64,000 bases of DNA from an uncultured delta proteobacterium (GTDB lineage Bacteria > Desulfobacterota > Binatia > UBA9968), in contig CAVXEP010000030.1 in NCBI GenBank assembly GCA_963760795.1, forward strand, positions 96,001 through 160,000. The letters run 5' to 3'. The number at the start of each line of letters is the position of its first letter. Position 1 is the stretch's first letter. Made by a program: the position numbers and the translations under genes. Positions 49,307-58,204 of this stretch are shown here, piece after piece. The notes beneath the pieces were generated by a model. It saw only the letters and a list, made by a program, of their open reading frames with translations. It was not told where the DNA came from and did no database searches.

Positions 49307-51298
49307 ATGAGCAAGTTTCTACGCATCGACACAAAGCTTCCCCCGGAGCAGTTAGCCATTCGAGCGAAGTGTTTCCATCCATCGGGGCGGTTCGAGGAGT
49401 TCACAAAAGAGGAAGTCGAGCAGTCGATCCCCGAGCGTTTTGAGAAGATAGTGAAGCGATATCCGGATCGGATAGCAATTAAGGAAGGTGGACAGGCTGT
49501 TAGCTATGCGGAACTAAATCAACGGGCAAATCGCCTGGCTCACGCAATCTTGGACAGGTGCGGCGAACGCAACCTTCCGGTAGCGATTCTGATGGAACAT
49601 GGCACCTCTATCCTGGTGGCTATTGTCGCCGCACTCAAGGCAGGCAAGATCTACGTCCCGCTGGATCCTTCCTATCCTGTGGAAAGACTTCAATACATGT
49701 TCTTCGACTCCAAGGCCGAACTCGTTGTGGCACATCGTGAAACTCTTTCCCTGGCTCGTCAAATGGGTAGCGAGGACGTTGCTGTCATTGATGTCGACGA
49801 GGTCGCTGCGGGTTCTCGTCATGACGACGTGAGCGTGAAAATAACTCCCGGAGCCTTCACGTCGATCTTCTACACTTCGGGATCCACCGGACAGCCCAAA
49901 GGAGTGGTCGATAATCACCGCAATTTGCTGCATGGGACACTCCGATTCACCAATGGCCTGCATATCTGTGCTGAAGACCGACTCAGTTTCACTCATTCGT
50001 GCAGTGCGAGCGCCTCAGTGAGGAGGATCTTTCCAGCACTTCTCAACGGCGCATGCCTTTTTCCTCTCGACCTAAAGCGACAAGGGATCCGGGCCTTAGT
50101 GGATTTAGTCGTCAGCGAATCAATCACGGCTTTCGGTATAGGTCGAATACGGGATTTCACGCGCAGCTTCAGTCACCAATCGTTTCCGAGTCTGAGGCTG
50201 GTGTCCCTCGGCGGCGAGATCGTATATCGGCGCGATGTTGAGCTGTACAAGAAAATCTTTCCTCGCGATTGTGTAATCGGAATTTTGATGTCCAGCACCG
50301 AAGCCGGAAATATCACGCAGTTCTTCATTAGTCGCGACACCCAACTCGCGGGCGAGATCGCTCCGATCGGTTATCCCGCCGAAGACGTGGAGATCATGCT
50401 GCTTGACGACGGGGGTAATCCAGTAGGACCCGGTGAGATCGGAGAAATCGCCGTTACGAGCAAGTATCTTGCCTGTGGCTATTGGCGCCGGCCGCAAATG
50501 ACCGATGAGAGATTCCGCGCTGATCCGGCCGGCGGCGAGCAACGAATCTATCGCACAGGCGATCTAGGGCGCATCGAACACGACGGCTGCTTATTTCACC
50601 TGGGGCGAAAGGATGACCAAATCAAAGTCAGAGGACACAGAGTCGAGGTTGCCGAGATTGAAGCAGCTTTGCTGAACCTCGGATATTTTAGGAAAGCAGT
50701 CGTCACCCTAAGGGACCGTGGTTCAGACGAGAAATCACTGGTCGCTTATGTCGAGCCGGAGAAACGGCCCGCGCCGACGTCCAGCGCTCTTAGAAAAGCT
50801 CTGGCCGCCACTTTGCCCGACCACATGATCCCTTCGCGGTTCGTCATGCTTGATACGATCCCCTTAACTCCGACTGAGAAGGTAGACCGAAAGGCGCTTC
50901 CAGAACCGGGCAATGCGCGGCCGGAAATGGATACGCCCTTTATCGCGCCCAGAACTTCGCTTGAGAGGGATATCGCTAAAATTTGGAGCGATGTTCTGTC
51001 GCTCGATCAAGTCGGTGTCCACGATAACTTTCTCGATCTTGGTGGACATTCGCTCGCGGCAATTCGTGTTATCTCCCAGGTTATCCAAACATTTCGGGTC
51101 GATCTGTCTCCCAGAGCACTCTTCGATTCGCCCACGGTGGTAGAGATGGCGGTCCTCATTGAAAGTAATTTGCCACAGCTTGCGACTCAGGAAGAGTTGG
51201 ACCAAATCCTGATTACGCTGCAGGCCATGTCGAACGAAGAGGCAGAGAGACTACTTACTGAAGTTAGCGAGGCAACAAGTAAAGCAAGAGAGTGTTAG
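49307..51298 (+). CDS. Stand-alone NRPS-like adenylation plus carrier (A-T) didomain
   Basis: SYAELNQRANRLA, YTSGSTGQPKG, YRTGDLG, GRKDDQIKVRG, EKVDRKAL; carrier serine in LGGHSL. Confidence 0.9.
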   Translation: MSKFLRIDTKLPPEQLAIRAKCFHPSGRFEEFTKEEVEQSIPERFEKIVKRYPDRIAIKEGGQAVSYAELNQRANRLAHAILDRCGERNLPVAILMEHGTSILVAIVAALKAGKIYVPLDPSYPVERLQYMFFDSKAELVVAHRETLSLARQMGSEDVAVIDVDEVAAGSRHDDVSVKITPGAFTSIFYTSGSTGQPKGVVDNHRNLLHGTLRFTNGLHICAEDRLSFTHSCSASASVRRIFPALLNGACLFPLDLKRQGIRALVDLVVSESITAFGIGRIRDFTRSFSHQSFPSLRLVSLGGEIVYRRDVELYKKIFPRDCVIGILMSSTEAGNITQFFISRDTQLAGEIAPIGYPAEDVEIMLLDDGGNPVGPGEIGEIAVTSKYLACGYWRRPQMTDERFRADPAGGEQRIYRTGDLGRIEHDGCLFHLGRKDDQIKVRGHRVEVAEIEAALLNLGYFRKAVVTLRDRGSDEKSLVAYVEPEKRPAPTSSALRKALAATLPDHMIPSRFVMLDTIPLTPTEKVDRKALPEPGNARPEMDTPFIAPRTSLERDIAKIWSDVLSLDQVGVHDNFLDLGGHSLAAIRVISQVIQTFRVDLSPRALFDSPTVVEMAVLIESNLPQLATQEELDQILITLQAMSNEEAERLLTEVSEATSKAREC

Positions 51299-51306
51299 CA
51301 GAACTA

Positions 51307-51404
51307 GTTCCGGCCGTTCCAAACGTTCCAATGGTTCTAGTCGTCTAAAGCCGACTCCGTTTAACGCTTTGAACGGAGCGAAGCGGTTGAACGTTTTGAA
51401 CGGC
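51307..51404. repeat. Inverted pair of 9-mer GTTC/GAAC tandem arrays
   Basis: GTTCCGGCC GTTCCAAAC GTTCCAATG GTTCTAGTC, then TTTAACGCT TTGAACGGA ... TTGAACGTT TTGAACGGC. Confidence 0.6.
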
Positions 51405-51489
51405 ATCGCGAGCAAGAAGTTGTGGAGTTGAATTCCAAAGTGCCTGTGCAGGATGAACGAAACAAAAAGCAAAAAAGTCTAGAAGTAAA

Positions 51490-51640
51490 AGTCTCGAACA
51501 ACTCTAACCGACCGACGCACCGGTGTAGGAAATGGTACGCGAAACCGACAGTTGATAGGCGAGGGCGACCCGCCATTTGATCATCGCATCTATCGCAATC
51601 CAGCCTCACGCGTCAACAAGAGACTCCCGACCCCCCTTTT
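51490..51640 (-). pseudogene. 5' fragment of a RAYT Y1 transposase with REP-like end
   Basis: ATG at 51576: MAGRPRLSTVGFAYHFLHRCVGRLELFE; paralogous to 39480-39631. Confidence 0.72.
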
Positions 51641-51929
51641 CTCCTCGCGGGACTATTTCGCCGCTACTGATACTAATTGTAAAGATCTCGAGCTGTTCCT
51701 TGACCGAGTTTTCTGGGCTGATAGATAATTGTTTGATCGCAAGGTGCGACCCCTGCCTTTTGGTGCTCTGCGCCGCCCTTTAGGCAGAGCTCTTGCCCTT
51801 GCGACTAACGGTGTAGTTGGATAACAATGCGTGATATAAAGGTAATCCGATCTTTTGGTTGTTAACGATTTTTCGGATGCCTTGCCGTATACTGACGATC
51901 TTGAACCAATAGAAACAGAGTGAATAACA

Positions 51930-52595
51930 ATGGCTGAATTGGTCAAAATCCCCCTAGCAAGTGCCGAATACGTTGCACAGTTCGACCGCCCTTATGTTGG
52001 CTTGATTGCCACCGACAGGGCGAAAGTCTTTGAAAATGTAGTTGCCGCGCTGTTGCCGTTCAATTTCAGCTTAGCCAACAGCGAGCTTGTCAATGTAGGA
52101 AATCCAGCTGCTCACAAAACGATTTTCAAGCTTCCCGACCGAGGGATAAGTTTCGAATTTGGGGCCGAGGAATATAAATTTACCAAAGAGCAAGCGTTCT
52201 GGCCAACAGTGAACGAAGACGTCCAAGTCTTACAAGCTGTTCAACGTACCTTGCTTGATGTAAGCGGTGCAAATATTGCCTTGTCCACAGTAAACATAGC
52301 AATGCACATGCAGCTTCTAGTCAAGCCGCGTGATGAGATATTGGCACCTTTCCTTTCGGAACCGTTTAAAACATTTGTCGCAGCCCGCACGCTTATAAGC
52401 TTTGGAAATCATTTGAAATGGGCTGACGGCGACGTGTTGCTCGATTTTTCTTTGGCTTTCGCAAACGGGATCTTTATGCGCTTCTCGTCGCAGTTTCAAG
52501 GACAACCGCCAATAGAGGAAATGCTCGCTAAGATTCGCAGCGATCAAACATCATTGTTCGGACTTCTTGGCGTTGAAGAGGCAAGCAATGCTTAA
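51930..52595 (+). CDS. Hypothetical protein (weak TIGR04255-like impression)
   Basis: 221-aa ORF in an AT-richer segment; stop overlaps the next start; family assignment is tentative. Confidence 0.55.
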   Translation: MAELVKIPLASAEYVAQFDRPYVGLIATDRAKVFENVVAALLPFNFSLANSELVNVGNPAAHKTIFKLPDRGISFEFGAEEYKFTKEQAFWPTVNEDVQVLQAVQRTLLDVSGANIALSTVNIAMHMQLLVKPRDEILAPFLSEPFKTFVAARTLISFGNHLKWADGDVLLDFSLAFANGIFMRFSSQFQGQPPIEEMLAKIRSDQTSLFGLLGVEEASNA

Positions 52596-53112
52596 CTCAC
52601 CCTTGGGGGCACTCGAATCGCTGCAATTACGGCGAACCGCATCCCCACTAATCCCTCATCAGGTCACAGATTGGGATACATTCCAGAAATCGAGAGGCCC
52701 AAAGACAAGGGAAGATATCTTTTCGACAACCTTTGTTTTCCGAGCCCGTATTTACGACCAGGCGCGTTCAAATGAATATTTGAAACGCCAACTTGAATCG
52801 CTGCAACAGAGCTACATAATTTTAGATAGTGATGAATCAGTAAGAGAGATCCTTAGAAAAGAACCAATGCTCGCCGCGCTATTAATCGAAGCCGTTGAGC
52901 CGCTGAAAAAAGCTTTCGGATCACGCCAAATTCAGATGCGGCCCCAGGTTACAGATGATGACAGCTTTCTTAAGATAGCAGTGCAACTTCCTGCCAATTT
53001 TCCCGCGCCGGAGACTGCTTTGCTTTCCTTTGACTCAGCTTGGTGGTTAAATAATTGCCACCGTTCTAGCGGCGCTCTCGTGTTCGATTACGAGATACAG
53101 GATGCCGTTTGA
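52588..53112 (+). CDS. Hypothetical protein, putative partner/antitoxin of the downstream HEPN
   Basis: C-terminal VREILRKEPMLAALLIEA..F...FDSAWW..LVFDYE pattern; overlaps both neighbours. Confidence 0.6.
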   Translation: MLNSPLGALESLQLRRTASPLIPHQVTDWDTFQKSRGPKTREDIFSTTFVFRARIYDQARSNEYLKRQLESLQQSYIILDSDESVREILRKEPMLAALLIEAVEPLKKAFGSRQIQMRPQVTDDDSFLKIAVQLPANFPAPETALLSFDSAWWLNNCHRSSGALVFDYEIQDAV

Positions 53113-53494
53113 TTGGCGTGAATTTCTCATTTTCGCTCATGGTTTGCGGAATGAATCGAGCGAAGCCGTCTTACGAGTGTGTCTTGGCCGCATGTATTAT
53201 TACGTCTACAACCATGGTTTAACCAATGCTCGTAAGCTAAACTTTACAGAGAAAATGCCAAGTTTACACAGCAAGCTTTGGACGTGGTGCCAAAATCAGA
53301 ACGATCCGGATATAAAGAAAATAGGTGTTACAGGGCGGCGAATGCACTCACTCCGAATTGACGCCGACTACAAGGATTCATCAATTCCCAATCTTGCCAA
53401 GGAAGTGGAAATTCAATTGCAACGTGCCCAGATGTTTGAGGCTTTAGTTGCAAAGGTCACCAAGACATCTCCCCCGCCGCCCTTGATGACTTAA
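53102..53494 (+). CDS. HEPN-domain protein
   Basis: FDWREFL..A, EAVLR...RMYYYVY, LHSKLW, LRIDADY (Rx4-Y variant of the HEPN motif). Confidence 0.75.
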   Translation: MPFDWREFLIFAHGLRNESSEAVLRVCLGRMYYYVYNHGLTNARKLNFTEKMPSLHSKLWTWCQNQNDPDIKKIGVTGRRMHSLRIDADYKDSSIPNLAKEVEIQLQRAQMFEALVAKVTKTSPPPPLMT

Positions 53495-53524
53495 TTATGT
53501 TTATCCCACACCAGGCGTTTAGGT

Positions 53525-53740
53525 TCAGGCCTGAGTATTGACTAACTCGCCTTTCGCATCTCGCTCGCCAAGATTTCATTGACCAGCGACTGATACGGCA
53601 GTCCTTTTTTCTCGGCGGTCTTCCGCAACCAACCTAAAACTTTCGCGTCCAAACGAATCGCTATAAGCTTCTTAGGCTCGTCAACCATCGTCGGCCTACC
53701 GACCCTCCGCATGGATGAAAGTTGCCGGTCGGACAGTTCG
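53525..53740 (-). pseudogene. Duplicate 3' two-thirds of the brnA antitoxin gene (parent 60975-61190)
   Basis: Near-identical nucleotide match; lacks the N-terminus. Confidence 0.9.
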
Positions 53741-53749
53741 AAGACGAAA

Positions 53750-53816
53750 AAGGGGTCAAGTCCGCTGTTAGCTGATCGCATAATCATTAAAAAGCAAAAA
53801 GCGGACTTGATCCCTT
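53750..53816. repeat. REP doublet (17-bp inverted repeat, one mismatch)
   Basis: AAGGGGTCAAGTCCGCT ... AGCGGACTTGATCCCTT. Confidence 0.75.
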
Positions 53817-53872
53817 GGGATGTCCCAGCACACATTACTGTCGGACACCGAACGTGGTCCCGGTTCATTCCA

Positions 53873-54910
53873 TTACTTGCGTGGTGGAAGGGGATCCATT
53901 CCAGAGATGGTTTTAAAAACCTTAATGACCTCGTTGTCCCGCGGCAGCGTCGCAACAAGTTTCTGCTGTTCCTCCCCCATCAGCGGCGTCGGATAGACTC
54001 CAATGACTTTTTTGTATTGTTCGTGAAATTGGCGATCTTTGAAAGTATCGCGAACGGCTTGCCTGAGGATCTCGGCGAGTTTTGTCGGTGTGCTCGGCGG
54101 CAGATACTTGAGCGTTCCGACGCCCCAAAAAGTCCGCGCCATGGCCATGAGTCGGCTCTCCATGCCGGAGCGCATGAAAGATTCGATGTCAGGCAAATGG
54201 GCAAATTGAGCAGGACGACGTCCTTTGGGATTCTCCAGAATGGCATGGAAATCGACGAGATTTTGGTAGGACTCCGTCAGCGTCTGCGTGTCCAACGTTG
54301 TCGCTCGCGCGTCGACTTCGCCTCGCTCCAAAGCTATTTCCAACTCGGTTCCTGAGTAGCCCACGACAAATCGCGGCTCTTTGACGTCCAAAAGCCAGGC
54401 GAACAGCCGTCCGCGAATGTACTGTACATGTCCCACCGATTGGGCGCCGATGCGGATCCCCGAAGAGGCGCGCAATTTTTCCAAGCTGTTGATGCCGAGA
54501 GCCTTTCGGGTCGCAAACATATTAATGTTCTCGCTGAAAGGCGAGCCGAGATAGATGAACTTGTAAGGGTCGTATTCGACACCGGGTTCGCCGAGCACGG
54601 CGCTCGAGAGCACGCCCGGCGAGCAGGCGCCGATCGTCAGTCCGTCCGCGGCTGCGCGATATACTTGATTGGCCGCCTGTCGGCCCCCTCCTCCCGGAAC
54701 ATATTGTGTAACCATCGTCGGATTTCCGGGAATGTACTTTTGCAGAAACTGCACTATAGCTTTAGTTCTTAAGTCGGCGACACCTCCCGCACTGTTTCCT
54801 TCGATGACGGTAATGGTTTTCCCCGCGTAATAAGGGGCCTGCGTGCTGCCGATGCTGGGGAAAAGAACAAGCCCGGAAAAAACCAATGCCAACTGGCTGA
54901 GACGTTTCAT
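53873..54910 (-). CDS. Bug/TctC-family substrate-binding protein
   Basis: YYAGKTITVI, KYIPGNPTMV, ADGLTIG, ALERGEVD; paralog of 6179..7237. Confidence 0.85.
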   Translation of the reverse strand: MKRLSQLALVFSGLVLFPSIGSTQAPYYAGKTITVIEGNSAGGVADLRTKAIVQFLQKYIPGNPTMVTQYVPGGGGRQAANQVYRAAADGLTIGACSPGVLSSAVLGEPGVEYDPYKFIYLGSPFSENINMFATRKALGINSLEKLRASSGIRIGAQSVGHVQYIRGRLFAWLLDVKEPRFVVGYSGTELEIALERGEVDARATTLDTQTLTESYQNLVDFHAILENPKGRRPAQFAHLPDIESFMRSGMESRLMAMARTFWGVGTLKYLPPSTPTKLAEILRQAVRDTFKDRQFHEQYKKVIGVYPTPLMGEEQQKLVATLPRDNEVIKVFKTISGMDPLPPRK

Positions 54911-55072
54911 CTTAAACCTCTGCAGACCGTGTCATTCAAACGCGTAATAGTCTTCCGGTTTTGAAAAAAGTTCAGCTCGTCCGTTCACCCGATTCAGAGT
55001 GTGATAAACCAACTCACCCGGAGCTATGCGCGCTCGTCGAGGCATCGCGGCACGCTATATCAAAGCCATCAA

Positions 55073-55206
55073 GGGAGCCCTCAAGTGTCAGGCTTGAATG
55101 CATTAACTTAGCTGCCTTGTAGAGGAGCCGACAATATCAGGCTTGTATATGAACCTGTTCTTCCCGAGCCAGGTAAGTCATGTTATTCAAGCCTGATACT
55201 ACTTGC
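55073..55206 (+). repeat. Direct repeat D, copy 1 (REPIN-like)
   Basis: TGTCAGGCTTGAAT ... ATTCAAGCCTGA inverted ends with a third TCAGGCTTG inside; second copy at 56661-56787. Confidence 0.88.
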
Positions 55207-55313
55207 CCCCAAGAGAAGTGAGCGATCGAGCGGCTTGGAAAGTTAGTCGAGTCATAGAAGTCTGACTCCATGCTAGAGATTCTAACTTGTGAATTCGCCG
55301 TCAGCCTTTCGTT

Positions 55314-56552
55314 CTACACTCCTCCGGGCTCCGCCTCTCCTTCCGGAGGCGTGCGTTGCCGGTAGACCCAAGGCGGCATGCTGCTCTTCATGCCTTTCAC
55401 CTGTAACGCCGCTTCGTAGGTTTTTCTTATGTTCGGATCTTCGTCCATATAAGAAATCGCGCCGCCGCCTTCGCGGGTATCGATGGCGCCCACGTCCGCT
55501 GCGTCGCCGCCTGGCGCACCGCCGCGGCGAAAGCCGGGACCGTAGGGGCCGTCAAAGACGAGTAGCCGCAGTCCCTCAGGATGAGTGCCAAAGTGTTGAT
55601 GAAACCAGTCGCCGCGCATCGGCGCCGCGCTGATCATACCGACCGGTTCATAGGTCTGTTTTTTCACTTGCTCGCCAAGGCCGGCGCTCCACGGCTGCAT
55701 GCCGAGATGATCGGGCCAAGTGTAGCTGTAGCCCTGGCCTTTGATGCAAACCAGAATGGCGCCGGAAGAATGCTTATGCGCTTTGGAGTATTGCCCCGTC
55801 TTATATTGGGCGATCTTCATGTAAAAGTTGGCGCCCGCCATGTGCGGCTCGATGCGCCGGTAGTCGAAGGCGCGCCGGTTGTCCGGCGGCAGTTCACAGC
55901 TAAGTATATCCGGGATGATGTTGGTGCGGCGCATGGCGAGGCCGCGCACCGGATCGGCGTAGATGTCGTCCACCGGTTTGAAATAATCATCCGAGGCGTC
56001 GAAGCGGGCGTTAAAGTCATACGGGCAATTGAATACGAACTCGGCGTCGCGGATCAGATTGACGATGTTGGGCGCCGTGGTCGCGGCGAGCAAGAGCGCG
56101 GGAGATGAAGTGGCGTTGACGATTTGGTGCTTGGCGTTGAGCGGGATCGCGAAGAGCGAGCCGCGGCTCCATTCGAATGCCAGTTTTTTGCTGCTGCCGT
56201 CCCGCCAAACCTCCGTCGTGCCGCGCCCCTCGACGACATAATAAATCTCTTCGTAGAGATGACGCTCGGCGTTAAGAGCGCCCGCGCCAGGCACTTCAAC
56301 CACGTACATGCCCCACAAGCTTTCGGTGCCGAGAAGCTGAATCGCCGTGCCGCGCCCGCCGAGGCGCTTCCAGGGTTTCAGCGGCAGGTCTTGGACTTTG
56401 TGCACGCCGATGGCGCGATGAATTGGAATGTCCTGCGCCTCCATGAAAAGGTCATAGGGCGATTGGGGATTTTTCCACTTGCCGAATCCCGCTTTCTCGC
56501 CGCGCTTTGGCTCGCGCCATTCAAATAACTCCGCGGTTGGTTCGACGCCCAT
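55314..56552 (-). CDS. Bicupin protein (gentisate dioxygenase-like cupin family)
   Basis: ERHLYEEIYYVVEGRG..FAIPLNAKH and KAHKHSSGA..GQGYSYTW..WFHQHF. Confidence 0.8.
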   Translation of the reverse strand: MGVEPTAELFEWREPKRGEKAGFGKWKNPQSPYDLFMEAQDIPIHRAIGVHKVQDLPLKPWKRLGGRGTAIQLLGTESLWGMYVVEVPGAGALNAERHLYEEIYYVVEGRGTTEVWRDGSSKKLAFEWSRGSLFAIPLNAKHQIVNATSSPALLLAATTAPNIVNLIRDAEFVFNCPYDFNARFDASDDYFKPVDDIYADPVRGLAMRRTNIIPDILSCELPPDNRRAFDYRRIEPHMAGANFYMKIAQYKTGQYSKAHKHSSGAILVCIKGQGYSYTWPDHLGMQPWSAGLGEQVKKQTYEPVGMISAAPMRGDWFHQHFGTHPEGLRLLVFDGPYGPGFRRGGAPGGDAADVGAIDTREGGGAISYMDEDPNIRKTYEAALQVKGMKSSMPPWVYRQRTPPEGEAEPGGV

Positions 56553-56660
56553 GGGCTTTGCCCTCCCAGAAGTATTTCCGAACTATATAAAGCCTATTAC
56601 AACCAAATCAATGGGCGACGACGTACGGACGCTGTTGACTAGATGGCAAACTTTTCCTTA

Positions 56661-56787
56661 GGGAACCCTCTATTGTCAGGCTTGGATGCATTAACTTAGC
56701 TGCCTGAGCCGACAATATCAGGCTTGTATATGAACCTGTTCTTCCCGAGCCAGGTAGGTTATGTTATTCAAGCCTGACACTACTTGC
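56661..56787 (+). repeat. Direct repeat D, copy 2
   Basis: Matches 55073-55206 with a 7-bp indel. Confidence 0.88.
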
Positions 56788-56871
56788 GCTACTTGCCCTC
56801 GATGACTTGCAAGCAACGAACCGATCGCTAAATCCGGCGGGCCATTTCCAGCCGGAGGAGGACGCAAAAAA

Positions 56872-57336
56872 ATGGTTAACACACGGGCACTCGTTCTTTT
56901 AGTATTGGGTTTGTCGTTCGTTGCCGCCGGTTGTTCGAATTCCGCCACGGCGACGTTGTCGCCGGGTGCCGATTTGAGCGCGGTGAAAACCTTTTATGTC
57001 GTGCACCAACCGAAGGACACGCATAACCTCCACTTTGTTATCCGGGACAGGATCGTCAAAGAGGGATTTGGAGCAACGGCCGGATCGGAAATAGAAAAAT
57101 CCGCCCACCAGGCCAATTCGATCGTGACCTACGTGGATCGATGGATGTGGGATATGACGTTATACCTTTTAGAGATTACGGTAACGCTGCGAGACGCAGC
57201 GAATGACTTTCCGTTGGCGGTCGGAAACTCCTACCATACATCGCTGACCCGCCTATCTCCTGAGGAAATGGTGAACGAGGTGATGACAAACATTTTCAAT
57301 GCTGCGAAGCAAACCACCAAACCGGCTACTCCATGA
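56872..57336 (+). CDS. Lipoprotein, hypothetical
   Basis: GGAGGAGG RBS; lipobox AAGC; VTYVDRWMWDMTLYLL. Confidence 0.75.
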   Translation: MVNTRALVLLVLGLSFVAAGCSNSATATLSPGADLSAVKTFYVVHQPKDTHNLHFVIRDRIVKEGFGATAGSEIEKSAHQANSIVTYVDRWMWDMTLYLLEITVTLRDAANDFPLAVGNSYHTSLTRLSPEEMVNEVMTNIFNAAKQTTKPATP

Positions 57337-57866
57337 ATGTCTTGCGCCAAAATTATCGATCTTTGAGCAAGTGGTTGCCACCGCTTTTTCTCTGGGCGCT
57401 GGCCGCTCTGCTTGGCAGTTGCGGCACAGCGGCGACGTTTGAAGGCATGGTGCCCACGTCCTTTGAAACGGCAAACACCCATCCCAAAACAGTGCGCGTC
57501 AGCGTGTCCGGCGGCCAGGAGAGCGTCGCGCTCGGCAGGCCACAGATTACCGATGCCGCGTTTAATCAAGCGTTGATTGCCTCGATCAATAAATCCCGGA
57601 CCTTTTCGAAAGTCATCGAGGATAAAAATGCAAGTGAAGACTACCTTCTTACGGTCACTTTATTCAGCATGGATAAGCTGGTTTATCGCCATACAGTCAA
57701 ATTAGAGGCGGGTTGGACACTGCGGCGCGCCGCTACGGCTGCAATCGTCTGGCGCGAATCGATCCTTTCGGAGTCCCCTCATGGGGATTTGAGAGCGGCG
57801 ACGGAAGCCGCCGCAAGAAACAACATCGCGCAAGCCCTGGCAAAGATATCGAAGCTCAATCTCTAA
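57333..57866 (+). CDS. Lipoprotein, hypothetical
   Basis: ATGA overlap with the upstream gene; lipobox LGSC; ATEAAARNNI. Confidence 0.75.
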   Translation: MNVLRQNYRSLSKWLPPLFLWALAALLGSCGTAATFEGMVPTSFETANTHPKTVRVSVSGGQESVALGRPQITDAAFNQALIASINKSRTFSKVIEDKNASEDYLLTVTLFSMDKLVYRHTVKLEAGWTLRRAATAAIVWRESILSESPHGDLRAATEAAARNNIAQALAKISKLNL

Positions 57867-57884
57867 GAGCGTCGGTCTTGTGTA

Positions 57885-58193
57885 TCACGCCAGCACACTC
57901 CTGTTGTCCTCGATACTCCTTCTCACCCCCGCCGGCAGCGCCTTTTCGGCATTGCGCAGATCGTAGGTCATTTGCAAGTTCATCCAGAATTCCGCCGATG
58001 TTTTGAAAAACGTTCCCAGCCGGATCGCCGTATCCCCGGTGATGCCTCTCTCATCCTTCAGAATTGCCGTGATCCGGTTGGGCGGCACCCCGATCGCCTT
58101 CGCGAGCGCGTTTGCCGTCAGCCCCAGCGGTTTCAAAAACTCCTCGTTGAGAATTTCACCCGGCGGAACCGGTCGCATTCCATTCTTTTTCAT
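57885..58193 (-). CDS. higA: HigA-family antitoxin
   Basis: PVPPGEILNEEFLKPLGLT..LAKAIGV..RGITGDTAIRL..EFWMNLQ. Confidence 0.92.
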   Translation of the reverse strand: MKKNGMRPVPPGEILNEEFLKPLGLTANALAKAIGVPPNRITAILKDERGITGDTAIRLGTFFKTSAEFWMNLQMTYDLRNAEKALPAGVRRSIEDNRSVLA

Positions 58194-58204
58194 TTTGTTA
58201 CTCC

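Noticed and set aside
53542-53958. 138-aa ORF as a novel BrnA fusion protein
   Set aside because: Its N-terminal part is read through a REP hairpin and the end of the tctC gene in another frame; only the 3' part is brnA-derived.
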